This document shows, piece after piece, positions 10,562-20,869 of a DNA stretch of 64,000 nucleotides. Positions within the stretch are counted from its first letter, which is position 1. Every line of letters begins with the position of its first letter. Source of the stretch: Candidatus Omnitrophota bacterium (GTDB lineage: Bacteria > Omnitrophota > Gorgyraeia > JABMRG01). The stretch lies in assembly GCA_028716165.1 (NCBI GenBank), contig JAQUQI010000001.1, forward strand, positions 50,458 through 114,457, written 5' to 3'. Both the position numbers and the translations under genes were made by a program. Below the pieces are notes generated by a model. It searched no databases. It worked only from the letters and a program-made list of their open reading frames with translations, and was not told the origin of the DNA.

Positions 10562-11551
10562 TTACTTTTTGCCCTTTGAGGGGCTTTTTATAAAAAATCC
10601 TCTTAGCAAGTCCCCTTGCAAGGATTCATCAAGGATGTTTTGTATAATATTTACGCACTCTGATTCTAAATTCAATCCATTCATTTTAGATATGGTAGAC
10701 ACATCTAAACCATTGCTCAATAATTTTTTACAGGCAAACCCATTCCTTGAACACATTTCAATTAAAGAGCGCTGTGAGAATAGCATAATATGGCGCGCCG
10801 ATTCAAATGTCCTATGCGCCTCTTTGCCTGTCGCCTCACAATACCTAACTAACAGAGAATCCGCTGAAGGGACTTCGATTAATAAAAGCCCATTCTTTTT
10901 TAATAAGGCTTTGCATTTTTTAAGAAGAGAGTCGGGCGTATACACATGCTCTATAACGCCCCATAGCATAACCAGATCGTATTTTTCCTCTTCAGGCATC
11001 TTAAATATATCGCATTTTTTTATATTTAGATTGAAATTATTTTTTGCATACTCAACTGCAAAATCGTTAAAGTCTATACCATCGCTTTTCCATCCATTCT
11101 CTTTAAATACACTTAAAAGCTCCCCTAAGCCACATCCTATATCCAATACCCTGCCAGGCTTTTTAAAAAACTCCATAACCTGCTTATACTTATTTTTTGC
11201 AAGAACGTTTCTTCTATAATCTATTGTTGGCATCACTTTGTTGATATAATGCTCTTTATAACAATCCTGAGAATGTATTTTTATATTTATCTCTTGTTTA
11301 AACCTTGGAACTGCGTATACCATCTGGCATTTAAAACAGCGTCTGTAGGCAAAACGCTTTTGCTTGAATGTGCTGCCGTCTTTTGACTCACAATTAGGGC
11401 AACTTGTATATTCAATAAATAAGGGCTTGATTTGGCCGTTTTTGCCAAAATACCTGTCCAAAAACCTCTCAAATCTCTCATTTAATTCTTCGGTTTTGCC
11501 ACTTGTTAACTTCTCATCCAGTGAAAATATATTACCTTTCTTGTAAGCCAT
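10562..11551 (-). CDS. class I SAM-dependent methyltransferase with N-terminal zinc ribbon
   Basis: CPNCES...CFKC zinc ribbon followed by the VLDIGCGLGELL SAM motif. Confidence 0.7.
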   Translation of the reverse strand: MAYKKGNIFSLDEKLTSGKTEELNERFERFLDRYFGKNGQIKPLFIEYTSCPNCESKDGSTFKQKRFAYRRCFKCQMVYAVPRFKQEINIKIHSQDCYKEHYINKVMPTIDYRRNVLAKNKYKQVMEFFKKPGRVLDIGCGLGELLSVFKENGWKSDGIDFNDFAVEYAKNNFNLNIKKCDIFKMPEEEKYDLVMLWGVIEHVYTPDSLLKKCKALLKKNGLLLIEVPSADSLLVRYCEATGKEAHRTFESARHIMLFSQRSLIEMCSRNGFACKKLLSNGLDVSTISKMNGLNLESECVNIIQNILDESLQGDLLRGFFIKSPSKGKK

Positions 11552-11589
11552 AAAACATTTTTCCCTTCATTTATACGCTATATTTGATA

Positions 11590-12218
11590 TTACCCCTTAT
11601 AGATGAAACTCATTCCTGAGTCACCGTAAGGACGCCAAGAAACTAACTCAGATTTAAAACAATTATTAATAGCTCCTGCCATACCCCTCGTAAAATCTGC
11701 TCTATAATTAAAATATTCACCGGCCAGGATTACTGTACCAGATTGTAGATAAGGTTTAATAAATCTAAGAGCATCCATAGTTGATTCCCATAAATCGCAA
11801 TCTAATATAACTAATGCTGCTTTGTTTTTTAAATCTAACAATGGTATATTTGAAAAATAACCCTGCACTATAGTATAATCTGATTGCGGGATTCCTTGTT
11901 TATGCAATTTTTGGACAAGGCTTTCTTTGCTAAATGTATATTTGCCTTTATGATATTTTCCATCAAGCGTGTCCTTTGGTGCTGGTAAACCCGCAAAAGA
12001 ATCAAACAGGTAAAAGTGCCTATTAATACCTCTATGCTCTCTGTAAGCAGCTACAAAATCCGCACCAGAGCCTACACCAAAATGAAAATAATCGCCAACT
12101 ACTTTATTGCAAGATAAATATTGACTAGAATGATAATAAATACCGCTACGACTTAAATAATCAAATAATATACCACTTCTTAATCGTGATACCCCCCCCT
12201 AATCAATCTTTCTATCAT
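11590..12218 (-). pseudogene. TylF/MycF-family O-methyltransferase interrupted by a frameshift at a C8 homopolymer (possibly phase-variable)
   Basis: An AGGAGG ribosome-binding site precedes ATG at 12218; the ATG frame reaches a stop 13 codons in. A different frame continues from the C8 tract (12192-12199) through FHFGVGSGADF, FDSFAGLP and LDCDLWESTMDAL to 11590. One extra C would fuse the two frames. Confidence 0.6.
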
Positions 12219-12246
12219 CACACAACCTCCTCTTTGGTTATAATGG

Positions 12247-13701
12247 CTAATTTACCAGCTCCTTGTAAATTCTATTAGAAACTATAGAGCTATTTATGCA
12301 TATATCATCTGCATTAATAAAAACCTTGTTATCTCCAGATAATATACCCAAAACTTTATCACGAAAAATCTCATAAGATGCAACGTTAAGACCTTCAAGT
12401 AATTTATCATTATAGTCAAGCAGTATGGTAGAATGCTTGTTAGGATTAAGGAAAAATGTTAAAATCCCATGCGCATTAAGCTCATAACCCATTGTGGATC
12501 CATATGTCACAGCACATCGCGAGCCAAAAGCAATTTTATAACTATTAGCGTTTTTATCTACCGCTTCTAAGCCCGTGCTGGCAATTATTTCTTCTTCAAT
12601 CTTATCTTCTCCGGCACTTGAATGATGCTTAATTGCTATGCGATAAGAAGGATAATCATTCTTAAACCTCACAAGCCACCTAATACAGTCATAATAATCA
12701 TCTATAAACTTCGAATATGAATCCATGCGCTCATAGGCATTCATTACATTTATTCCTAACATCACTATATCCAGGTTCTTTTCCACTTTTTCCTGGTTGC
12801 TGAACCAGTAATATTCCATAAACATTGAGCCTACTGGTATAATTTTATCAATTCTAGCGCCGTATTCAAACAATCCATCAGCCGTGCGGTTACCCAAAGA
12901 AAAAAACCAATCAATATCACAGTAGTAGTACATGGCGTCCAATTGTATGATATTTTTCTGTATACACGTAGAAGCCCGTCCCCCATTTTTTTTAAATAAA
13001 TAATTTTTTACAGCATTAGTAGCATAGTGCCTTTCCTGAACAATGTAGTCAGCTTTGTTAGCACTAAACAGTTTGCTATATTTAAGATAATCGTTAATAA
13101 CAGGCGTCATAAGCAATATGAGATTTACATTTAATCGTATTGATAATATCAAATATAACCACACGCCAAAAATTATTTCATAGAAAAAAGAATAAAGTAT
13201 ATCTCTTGCATTATAATGCTTAAATTTTTTCTCATACTCAATATTATAACCTTTAAACTCGTCTTTGGCTGTCTTATATGTTGTAATTATTAAAACCTTA
13301 TCTCTGCCTATTAAATCAATCAATTTCTTAAACCTTAGCAATTCTATTTTTGATGCAATGCCATCTACTATAAGCCTGTAGTTTTTCACGTTAAAAAACC
13401 ACCTAGAGCAAATGAGGGCATACAATAACAAACCAAGGTGTTTAATAAATGACATTAGGATCCATTTTAATTTCAAGGAATCATCAAATTTGGCTTTTTT
13501 ATACATATACAGATTTGCAATGCGTTTCTTAATCCCCTGCTTTATAACATTTTCCGGTAGATTGTACCACTTCCTAAAATACGCATACAAGCTTGTTAAA
13601 GCTGGTTGATCTGCAAACCTATTAATTATATCAAGAAGATTATCGCTTGATTTCTTAAAATCCTCATCCCTGTTGTGTGAAAACTTCACGAGCTTGATCA
13701 T
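12247..13701 (-). CDS. hypothetical polysaccharide-biosynthesis protein, possibly TagF-like phosphotransferase
   Basis: 484-aa ORF. The IKHHSSAGED...AVTYGSTMGYELNAHGILTFF region weakly resembles a TagF-type C-terminus. No firm motif identified. Confidence 0.3.
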   Translation of the reverse strand: MIKLVKFSHNRDEDFKKSSDNLLDIINRFADQPALTSLYAYFRKWYNLPENVIKQGIKKRIANLYMYKKAKFDDSLKLKWILMSFIKHLGLLLYALICSRWFFNVKNYRLIVDGIASKIELLRFKKLIDLIGRDKVLIITTYKTAKDEFKGYNIEYEKKFKHYNARDILYSFFYEIIFGVWLYLILSIRLNVNLILLMTPVINDYLKYSKLFSANKADYIVQERHYATNAVKNYLFKKNGGRASTCIQKNIIQLDAMYYYCDIDWFFSLGNRTADGLFEYGARIDKIIPVGSMFMEYYWFSNQEKVEKNLDIVMLGINVMNAYERMDSYSKFIDDYYDCIRWLVRFKNDYPSYRIAIKHHSSAGEDKIEEEIIASTGLEAVDKNANSYKIAFGSRCAVTYGSTMGYELNAHGILTFFLNPNKHSTILLDYNDKLLEGLNVASYEIFRDKVLGILSGDNKVFINADDICINSSIVSNRIYKELVN

Positions 13702-14381
13702 TGCTTTTCTCCGGATACTTCTTCCTTGCGCCTTCTATACATCATTTCACAAAAATCAAAATCTTCCTGGTAATCCACATCCATTGATGTTATCCTGTCA
13801 AGAATGAAAAAATACGGCTTTTGGCCGACGCATGAACCCCATCTGACCATATCATTTCTTTTTAGAATATTTATCAAAAAACTAAGGGCGCATAATCCTT
13901 TCAGGTCTTGTGAGCGCGGCCATGGATTGGGTTTAAAATTTATCGGCTTATTATTATAAAAAATATAATCCTTAACCTCATACGCGCTCAAAAGGCAATC
14001 GTATTCCGAGCCAAGCCCGTTATAGGCTTTTATCGCGTCTTCATAATTTTTCACAAGAGCAAGAGGATTAGTCACATTCACCCACGCTATATGCTCTCCC
14101 TTTATCTGGGAGGCTACATATGAATAGACATCGCTCATGGGTATACTGCTTGTGGAATACCTGCTATCGCGCCTGTGCGTGTCAAAACCCTTTTTCCTGG
14201 CTATCTCAAGTATCCGATCATCTTCGGAGGAGACAATGATATTAGAAAAACCCTTTACCATGCTCATGTGCTCAAGCTTTAATTCATAAAGGCTTGTATC
14301 ACAAAAAGGCCGTGTATTTTTGGACTTTACCCTTTCCGAAACCCCCTTAACAGGTATCACGGCGACTATCTCTTTACCCAT
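13698..14381 (-). CDS. acylneuraminate cytidylyltransferase family protein (second CMP-sugar synthetase)
   Basis: N-terminal AVIPVKGVSERVKSKN resembles the IPARGGSKG-KN motif of the CMP-NeuAc synthetase family. Confidence 0.55.
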   Translation of the reverse strand: MGKEIVAVIPVKGVSERVKSKNTRPFCDTSLYELKLEHMSMVKGFSNIIVSSEDDRILEIARKKGFDTHRRDSRYSTSSIPMSDVYSYVASQIKGEHIAWVNVTNPLALVKNYEDAIKAYNGLGSEYDCLLSAYEVKDYIFYNNKPINFKPNPWPRSQDLKGLCALSFLINILKRNDMVRWGSCVGQKPYFFILDRITSMDVDYQEDFDFCEMMYRRRKEEVSGEKQ

Positions 14382-14397
14382 GCTTATGCTCCTAATT

Positions 14398-15111
14398 TTA
14401 TATACTAATATCCTGCTTCGTTATATTGCCGCTCATTATAATGTCAAGCGACCTGTCCGGGCCCGCGTTAAAAAGCAGGTCAATTACCGATAGATTGGCC
14501 GCAAAACCAGGCCCAAGCTGGGGGTATTGGGGATGCTTATAATCCTGGAACAAAACTTTTATACCGCGCTCTTTGAACGAAGCGATATCAGCGTATTCCT
14601 TTCCCAGCGCGCCGAATATATATATACCGGCATTCAGTTTTACGCACATATCAAGCACCAGATCTGACTTACTGCCGGCAAAATTCATATCTGACGCTTT
14701 ACAGTATTTAACATTTATATTCAATTCCTTTAGAAAAAATTTAAGCATCCATTCGTTTAAATCTGTTAAATACACCCAATCCTTAGCGTAAAGATCTTTA
14801 AAAAAATCTGAATACATATTAAAAAATGGCGCTTTTCTATAGGCATGAAATATTGACTGCCAATGTTTTTTTCTCCAATCCACGGAATTATTTATCTCAA
14901 TCTGCCTTATCGGCTTTTCTCTGTGCCCTTTTGTCAGGACAGGCACGGTAAGCCAGATAACCCCGTTTGGAGTTTTTATCATGTTTCTGTTATTCCAGTC
15001 CTTTTTCAGGTATTGGACATTATCAAAATAACAAAAAGCGTCGCTTAGGGCTATTTTATGAAATAAGCCCAGCCACGGCAAATAAACAGGTTGATGCGCT
15101 GTCAGGATCAT
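14398..15111 (-). CDS. WbqC-like family protein
   Basis: N-terminus MILTAHQPVYLPWLGLFHKI is typical of WbqC-family proteins found in O-antigen and glycan loci. Confidence 0.6.
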   Translation of the reverse strand: MILTAHQPVYLPWLGLFHKIALSDAFCYFDNVQYLKKDWNNRNMIKTPNGVIWLTVPVLTKGHREKPIRQIEINNSVDWRKKHWQSIFHAYRKAPFFNMYSDFFKDLYAKDWVYLTDLNEWMLKFFLKELNINVKYCKASDMNFAGSKSDLVLDMCVKLNAGIYIFGALGKEYADIASFKERGIKVLFQDYKHPQYPQLGPGFAANLSVIDLLFNAGPDRSLDIIMSGNITKQDISI

Positions 15112-15127
15112 GCCAATCTATCCCTAT

Positions 15128-15895
15128 CTATTCAATGACCGCGTAAGAACGCACGCTGTCAAAGGGAAAACGCTTTATCCTTAAGCCGCCTATCCCGATA
15201 GTTTCAAGCAGAGCGGCCGTTTCTCCCGGCCAGTCAGGATGATTAAGCTCATCAAAAGCGATCACTGCCCCTTTTGGCATACGCGGAAAAAATGCCTCAA
15301 TGGCCGCCTTTGTAGGCTCATACAGGTCAAGGTCAAGATATAAAAGCGAGACAACAAGATGCGGATTATCCTTAACGTATTTTTTTGCCGTCTTTGTTAT
15401 ATCGCCTTTTACAAGCTCTATCTTATTGATATGCCCGACAGGCCTGTTTTGGTCAAACAATGACCTGCATCGGAGAAGTTCTTCCATAGAATCTACGCGC
15501 ATACCGCCTTTTTTCGCATTGGGGTCTTTGTCTTTTTTGTCTTTGGCTGATATGCCGGGAAAACCTGAAAAAGTGTCAAAACCTATGACCCTCCTTGAAT
15601 AGTTGACAGGCTCAAATATCGCGCTAAACATCGCCCATGACATCAGGCCGCCGCCATAACAGACGCCGCATTCCACAATACAGCCGTGGACATTGATTAT
15701 CTGTTTGAATATCTCGTATTTGACAAGAAAAGAAGCCATACTCTGCCTGGGAACATACATCGGAAAATTCATCATCTTTTCTATGCCGGACATTCTGCTA
15801 TTGTCTAATACCCCTGCCAATTGATCAATATAATTTATCTCTTTATCAGACCTTAAAGGCATGCCCAATCTATAATGCCCCTTTGCCTTTTCCAT
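15128..15895 (-). CDS. TylF/MycF-family (macrocin O-methyltransferase-like) methyltransferase
   Basis: Motifs GCIVECGVCYGGG, FDTFSGFPG and LYLDLDLYEPTKAAIE. Confidence 0.7.
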   Translation of the reverse strand: MEKAKGHYRLGMPLRSDKEINYIDQLAGVLDNSRMSGIEKMMNFPMYVPRQSMASFLVKYEIFKQIINVHGCIVECGVCYGGGLMSWAMFSAIFEPVNYSRRVIGFDTFSGFPGISAKDKKDKDPNAKKGGMRVDSMEELLRCRSLFDQNRPVGHINKIELVKGDITKTAKKYVKDNPHLVVSLLYLDLDLYEPTKAAIEAFFPRMPKGAVIAFDELNHPDWPGETAALLETIGIGGLRIKRFPFDSVRSYAVIE

Positions 15896-15919
15896 AAAAA
15901 TCCTCCGTGTTTAGACCGC

Positions 15920-16975
15920 TTAAAGCAATCTGCCCGCGGCCTTATTACTATCGCATGCCGATATAAGGCCCTGGCATACCCTCTCTGCCCCATTGCCATC
16001 AATAAGTTTTAGCCCATTAGCCGCCATGGCTTTTCTGCGCGCCGGCTTTGCCATAAAATCCCTGACGGCCTTTTCCAGAGAGAGATCAAACAGTGTACTT
16101 TCATTGTAAAAAGCGCCGAGTATAATCTCTCTGGCCGATAATTCAGACACATTGCCAAACTGGTTCTCCCACAGGCCTATGCCGATCGTCGGACGCCCCA
16201 GAGAAACCAGCTCATATAAAGTCTGGCCTCCGGCGCAAAATGCCAGTGAACATGCCCTCATATAATTGAAAAGCCCTGAAGGCGCGAATATGAGCTTGAC
16301 ATCCTTTTTCATTAAGCCTGCCTGGGCCTCTATCGCGGCTGTATTATCATAATAAGGCCCGACTATTACCGTGACGCTAAAAGAGCCGTCAATGCCTTCA
16401 AGTATTTTAAGTATCCTGGTGCTCAAATCATAGTGGTCAACCCCGCCCATGGTAATAAGCACATTATCAATATTATCGCTCTCGCTATAAGAGGCATTAA
16501 TGCCCCAGAAATCACTGCCAAGTATCAGATATCTTATGCCTAAAAAAAGCATTGTCCCTTCGGGCGCGTCGTATTTCATCGCTTCGGCATTAAGATTGCC
16601 GTTTATAATAATATGGGAGGGTACGCGCGCGCTGGCTGTATCATCTATAGAAACTGTCAGAAATCCCTTATCCATAAGCTTTTGCCTGAATCCTTCGCCT
16701 ATCTCATATGAATCAATAATAATCATATCGGCTTTAAGCCTTTGGGCCTCTTCCATGGTCCGAAGGCAATCACCCGGCGAGCCTGTCTTAAGATCCATTG
16801 CCGTATAGCCAAAACCTTCTTTATCCAGGAATTGCCCGGCGCATTTATCATCTGCTATCAAAAAACGCGCCGAAATATTCTTTTGTCTGAATTTCTGCGC
16901 CAGGCAAAGGCATCTTTTAAGATGGCCTAAAGCAATCTCTTTTTTGGCGTCAACTCTTATCAGTGCCGTGCGCAC
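15920..16975 (-). CDS. pseG: UDP-2,4-diacetamido-2,4,6-trideoxy-beta-L-altropyranose hydrolase (PseG-like)
   Basis: N-terminal RVDAKKEIALGHLKRCLCLAQ resembles the PseG IG-GH--R-L-LA motif. The fold is MurG/GT28-like and the gene lies inside the pse cluster. Confidence 0.55.
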   Translation of the reverse strand: MRTALIRVDAKKEIALGHLKRCLCLAQKFRQKNISARFLIADDKCAGQFLDKEGFGYTAMDLKTGSPGDCLRTMEEAQRLKADMIIIDSYEIGEGFRQKLMDKGFLTVSIDDTASARVPSHIIINGNLNAEAMKYDAPEGTMLFLGIRYLILGSDFWGINASYSESDNIDNVLITMGGVDHYDLSTRILKILEGIDGSFSVTVIVGPYYDNTAAIEAQAGLMKKDVKLIFAPSGLFNYMRACSLAFCAGGQTLYELVSLGRPTIGIGLWENQFGNVSELSAREIILGAFYNESTLFDLSLEKAVRDFMAKPARRKAMAANGLKLIDGNGAERVCQGLISACDSNKAAGRLL

Positions 16976-17012
16976 AGGATATCTCCTTCTTCTTCAGGCA
17001 GTGCCTGGAATT

Positions 17013-19121
17013 TTAAGCCTTATTGTTTTTATAAACGTAAACCGTAAAATCATGCCCCATATAATCATGCCTTAATACGGCTCTTCGGCTAAGCTTCAGG
17101 CAAAAATCAAGCGTATCTCCGGCCTGGGCATAATATTCCTGCTGATTAAAAAAATCCGCTTTAACACTCATCATATTAAAACCTATGCCCAGGCGGCAGG
17201 CGTCAAACATAGCCGTAATAGTATCGCTTACATACCTTTCATGCTCCGGCACTCTGCGGTTGAAAATACCCGAACAAAGTATATAATCATAAAAAAGGCC
17301 TGCCGGAATATCGCCTATGCCGCCGTGTATAAATTCTCCTTTGGGATATTTTTGCCTTGCCCGTTCTATCATGGACAAAGAAATATCCATTCCCGTATAA
17401 TCCGCCTTTATATCAGCCTCTTTCATCCAGCCGTAAAGATCGCCAAGCCCACAGCCGAGATCAAGGACCGATTTACCGTTTAGATCAGCTATAAGAGAGA
17501 GTATTTCAAAACGCTTTTCCTGCGAAGCCTTGCTTCCCCACGCGACAGAACCTATATCAGAACCATGCTGTTTTATATTATCATCATAAAAATCAACCAA
17601 AGCCTTCACGCCGGAGGCCTTGCAAGATAAAGCCTTTGCAACAGGCTCTTCGCAGGCTTGGCATGCACCGTCATAGCGCATGGCCAGATAACCCGACGGC
17701 CTGTCTTCATATGGAAATTCGTAAAAACCACACTTAGAAAAAAGCGACACGCTCGCCCTATTATCTTTTTTCATGACAGCAATGAATACTCCGTCCGGTT
17801 TTTTCCCCCGCATAACGCGAATACCATCTAAAAGCGCGGCAGGCCCTATGCCCATGCCGGTATATTTTTCCAAAAGATATATGCTTACAATATAATGCCC
17901 TTTTGCCGACAGCTCAAACCTGACCTGGCCTGCCGGAATATCCTTATAATTGATGATAAAAAAACCAGCCTCCTGGTCTTTCAGTATGCCGTCAAACCAT
18001 GCCGAATGCTCCTGCCGCGTAACCGCCCTGCCGCTTCCGCCTAAGCCTATCAGAAACGGCGTATTTCTCCAGCCAAATATCATGTCTTTGTCTTTGGCCT
18101 CAACCGGCCTTAAAGCGATGTCCCGGCGCGCGGCCTGTCCGCCTTCTTTAAGGCAAAATGAAAGAGTGCGCGATATGCCCTCTTTAAGTTTTACGCGCGG
18201 CCTGAAATTAAAAGCCTCTGTTATTTTTTTCGTATCAGAATAAAATTTGCCTAATTCTCCCACGCGTTCCGGCCGGCTTTCAAATACCGGCTTTTTGCCG
18301 CGCGCCTGACAAAATGCCTCAAAAACATCCATAACCGATACGCCTTCTCCACAGCCTACATTAAAGGTCTGCCCGGAACCGGCATTAAAGGCCGTAATAG
18401 TCGCTTCAACGGCATCATCTATGTAAATATAATCTCTCAAATGCATGCCGTCTCCAAATATGGTAAGGGGCAGGCCCTTGGCTATGCGGTCGGCAAATAT
18501 CGCTATTACTCCAACCTCGCCGAATATAGGCTGTCTCGGGCCATAAATATTGGCATAGCGGAGTATAGTATAATCAATCCCGAAATTATCGGAATAATAC
18601 CTTATATATTCCTCGGCGCATTTTTTAGCCACCCCGTATGAATAAACAGGCACAGGCTCATCACTCTCTTTTGCCGGAAGCAGTTTCGGCCTGCCGTATA
18701 CAGCCACCGAGGACGCGTATACGATCTTTTTTACCTTAAAATCAAGGCAGGATTTTAAAAGATTTATAGTGCCTATAACACTGCTTGCTATATCCGCGGC
18801 AGGGTCTTCAAGTTTTACGTTAAGGTTTATCTTGGCAGCCTCATGCAGGACATAATCAATCTTATGGCATCCGAATATCTTCTTCAAGATACCCATATCC
18901 GATATATCCGCCTTGTAAAAAACAACGCGCTGATCAATGTTTTCCAGCCTGCCTGTGCTTAGATTGTCTACAACAATAACATCATGGCCCAGAGACAATA
19001 ATCTATCAACCGCGTGAGAGCCGATAAAACCCGCTCCGCCGGTAACAAGAAAACACGCCTTCGTAAAATTTTTTATATTATTTCCTTTTACCATGCTATT
19101 TATCTGGCCAGGTCCTGCCAT
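17013..19121 (-). CDS. tri-domain fusion: NAD-dependent epimerase/dehydratase + GNAT N-acetyltransferase (PseH-like) + class I SAM methyltransferase
   Basis: [11 protein letters not shown] with a Y-x3-K region at the N-terminus, a GNAT region in the middle, and VLDLGCGLGDL at the C-terminus. 702 aa. Confidence 0.65.
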   Translation of the reverse strand: MAGPGQINSMVKGNNIKNFTKACFLVTGGAGFIGSHAVDRLLSLGHDVIVVDNLSTGRLENIDQRVVFYKADISDMGILKKIFGCHKIDYVLHEAAKINLNVKLEDPAADIASSVIGTINLLKSCLDFKVKKIVYASSVAVYGRPKLLPAKESDEPVPVYSYGVAKKCAEEYIRYYSDNFGIDYTILRYANIYGPRQPIFGEVGVIAIFADRIAKGLPLTIFGDGMHLRDYIYIDDAVEATITAFNAGSGQTFNVGCGEGVSVMDVFEAFCQARGKKPVFESRPERVGELGKFYSDTKKITEAFNFRPRVKLKEGISRTLSFCLKEGGQAARRDIALRPVEAKDKDMIFGWRNTPFLIGLGGSGRAVTRQEHSAWFDGILKDQEAGFFIINYKDIPAGQVRFELSAKGHYIVSIYLLEKYTGMGIGPAALLDGIRVMRGKKPDGVFIAVMKKDNRASVSLFSKCGFYEFPYEDRPSGYLAMRYDGACQACEEPVAKALSCKASGVKALVDFYDDNIKQHGSDIGSVAWGSKASQEKRFEILSLIADLNGKSVLDLGCGLGDLYGWMKEADIKADYTGMDISLSMIERARQKYPKGEFIHGGIGDIPAGLFYDYILCSGIFNRRVPEHERYVSDTITAMFDACRLGIGFNMMSVKADFFNQQEYYAQAGDTLDFCLKLSRRAVLRHDYMGHDFTVYVYKNNKA

Positions 19122-20140
19122 GTTATGGGCGCGCCTTTGGCGATATCAACCTTAAGCGCGAGCCCTTTTACATTATCAATATCTTTAGGTTTTATCCCTG
19201 TGCCCGGTTTGGCGATCAGGATATCTTTTACGCCGAGCCTGCGGCCTTTTTTCATCCGCCTTGCCGCGACAAGGCTTAGCGTGAATTCCTGCCTGCATGC
19301 CATTTCGTTTTTTGCCGGGCATATAAGGGCACTGCCCATGCGTTTTTCCGCTTCCCGGATATCTTTTACATACGCCTTAAGCCCTGAAGGCGTCATGCTA
19401 AACCAGTGGTCGGGGCCGCTCATATTCCGGTCAAGGGTAAAATGCTTTTCAATAATACTCGCGCCCAGCGCCACAGATTGTACGGCCGCGGCATTGCCGA
19501 CCGTATGGTCTGAAAATCCGACAGGCAGATTAAACTTTTGCCTTAATGCCGCCATGCGCGCCAAGTTTACGTCATCTGCCTTGGCAGGATAATTACTCGT
19601 GCAATGAAGTAAAATAACCCGAGTCTTGCCCGAGGCTGAAGCCGCCTCAACCGCTTCTCTTATATCTTGCTCATAAGCCATGCCGGTAGATAAAATGATG
19701 GGCAGTCTAAAACCCGACATATATCTTAAAAGCGGAAGATGCGATAAATAGTCGGAGCCGTTTTTAAGCATTTTAACGCCCGCGCGGATAAGTTCATCAA
19801 CGCCCTTTTTTGATGTCGGCGTTGACAAAAAATCTATGCCGAGGCAATCGCAAAGTTTTTTTAATTTTTCAATCCAGCCTTTGCCCATCTGGCACCGCCT
19901 GCATAACTGCCACATGGACTGTGTCTTTTTCCTGCCGCGCTCTTTATACGTGTAGGTGATAGATCTATCTACGATAAAATCTTTTGTATCATAATTCTGG
20001 AATTTTACCGCGTCAGCGCCTGAATCAGCCGAGGTTCTGACCATATCGCATGCCGTATGCAGACTGCCGTTATGATTTATCCCGGCTTCGGAAATTATAT
20101 AGACTTTTTTGCCTTGGCGTAAATCGTAATCAGTTTTCAT
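19100..20140 (-). CDS. pseI: pseudaminic acid synthase (NeuB/PseI family) with C-terminal SAF domain
   Basis: IISEAGINHNGS motif of the NeuB family. 346 aa. Confidence 0.8.
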   Translation of the reverse strand: MKTDYDLRQGKKVYIISEAGINHNGSLHTACDMVRTSADSGADAVKFQNYDTKDFIVDRSITYTYKERGRKKTQSMWQLCRRCQMGKGWIEKLKKLCDCLGIDFLSTPTSKKGVDELIRAGVKMLKNGSDYLSHLPLLRYMSGFRLPIILSTGMAYEQDIREAVEAASASGKTRVILLHCTSNYPAKADDVNLARMAALRQKFNLPVGFSDHTVGNAAAVQSVALGASIIEKHFTLDRNMSGPDHWFSMTPSGLKAYVKDIREAEKRMGSALICPAKNEMACRQEFTLSLVAARRMKKGRRLGVKDILIAKPGTGIKPKDIDNVKGLALKVDIAKGAPITWQDLAR

Positions 20141-20855
20141 GGCCGGACTTTATTTTATTTAAATAATATTTTACCAGCGCCACGTCATCAGGCATATCAA
20201 CCTCAAGCGTATACATCATATCGCTCTGGATTACAGGAACGACATTATTGCCCAAATAAATATGGGCCTTTCTTATGCCGCGGGCTTTGTAAAGATTTTC
20301 AACCCTTAAGGCAAGCACCGATCCGTCAAGCAGATAGCGCTTCGGAAATTCCTGCCTTCTTATGCCCTTGACATCCTTTACTATCGGGACAAGCATGCCC
20401 TTTTTATTTATTATCTTCATGGCCTCGGGCACCTGATCGGCCTCATAACAGGTTACGCAGGAATCGGCCTTTGAGGCTATGAGTTTTTTGATAACCTTGT
20501 CTATAATACCCTTTTGCCTTATAGGGACATTGGCCTGCGTCCACACAACTATATCCGCGTGATAGCCGAATTGTTTCTTAAGATATTCAACCGCGTGCAG
20601 AAGGGCCTCTTCTATGGGGGAATCATCTTTGGCGAATTTGGCGGGCCGTTTTATTACTTCAATATCATAGACGCTTTTAACAATACCGGCTATCTTATCG
20701 CTATCGGTTGAGACAACCGCCTTATCTATAAGCTCGGAGGCAAGAACGTCTTCTATCGTATAACCTATAAGGGGCTTACCGTTAAAATCAACGGTATGCT
20801 TGTCTTTTACACCTTTTGACCCTCCGCGCGCCGGTATAATGCTTAATATTTTCAT
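20130..20855 (-). CDS. pseF: CMP-pseudaminic acid synthetase / acylneuraminate cytidylyltransferase
   Basis: ILSIIPARGGSKGVKDK motif. Confidence 0.75.
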   Translation of the reverse strand: MKILSIIPARGGSKGVKDKHTVDFNGKPLIGYTIEDVLASELIDKAVVSTDSDKIAGIVKSVYDIEVIKRPAKFAKDDSPIEEALLHAVEYLKKQFGYHADIVVWTQANVPIRQKGIIDKVIKKLIASKADSCVTCYEADQVPEAMKIINKKGMLVPIVKDVKGIRRQEFPKRYLLDGSVLALRVENLYKARGIRKAHIYLGNNVVPVIQSDMMYTLEVDMPDDVALVKYYLNKIKSGHEN

Positions 20856-20869
20856 CCATTCGCTCCTTT

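Noticed and set aside
10569-11219. 216-aa plus-strand ORF, and similar long plus-strand ORFs at 19014-19592, 26792-27421, 34355-34786, 35821-36336, 36231-36773 and 56194-56766
   Set aside because: All are antisense shadows of strongly supported minus-strand genes (a methyltransferase, pseI, pepM, dnaJ, dnaK, the mod upstream region). They are Ser/Leu/Pro-rich and motif-less.
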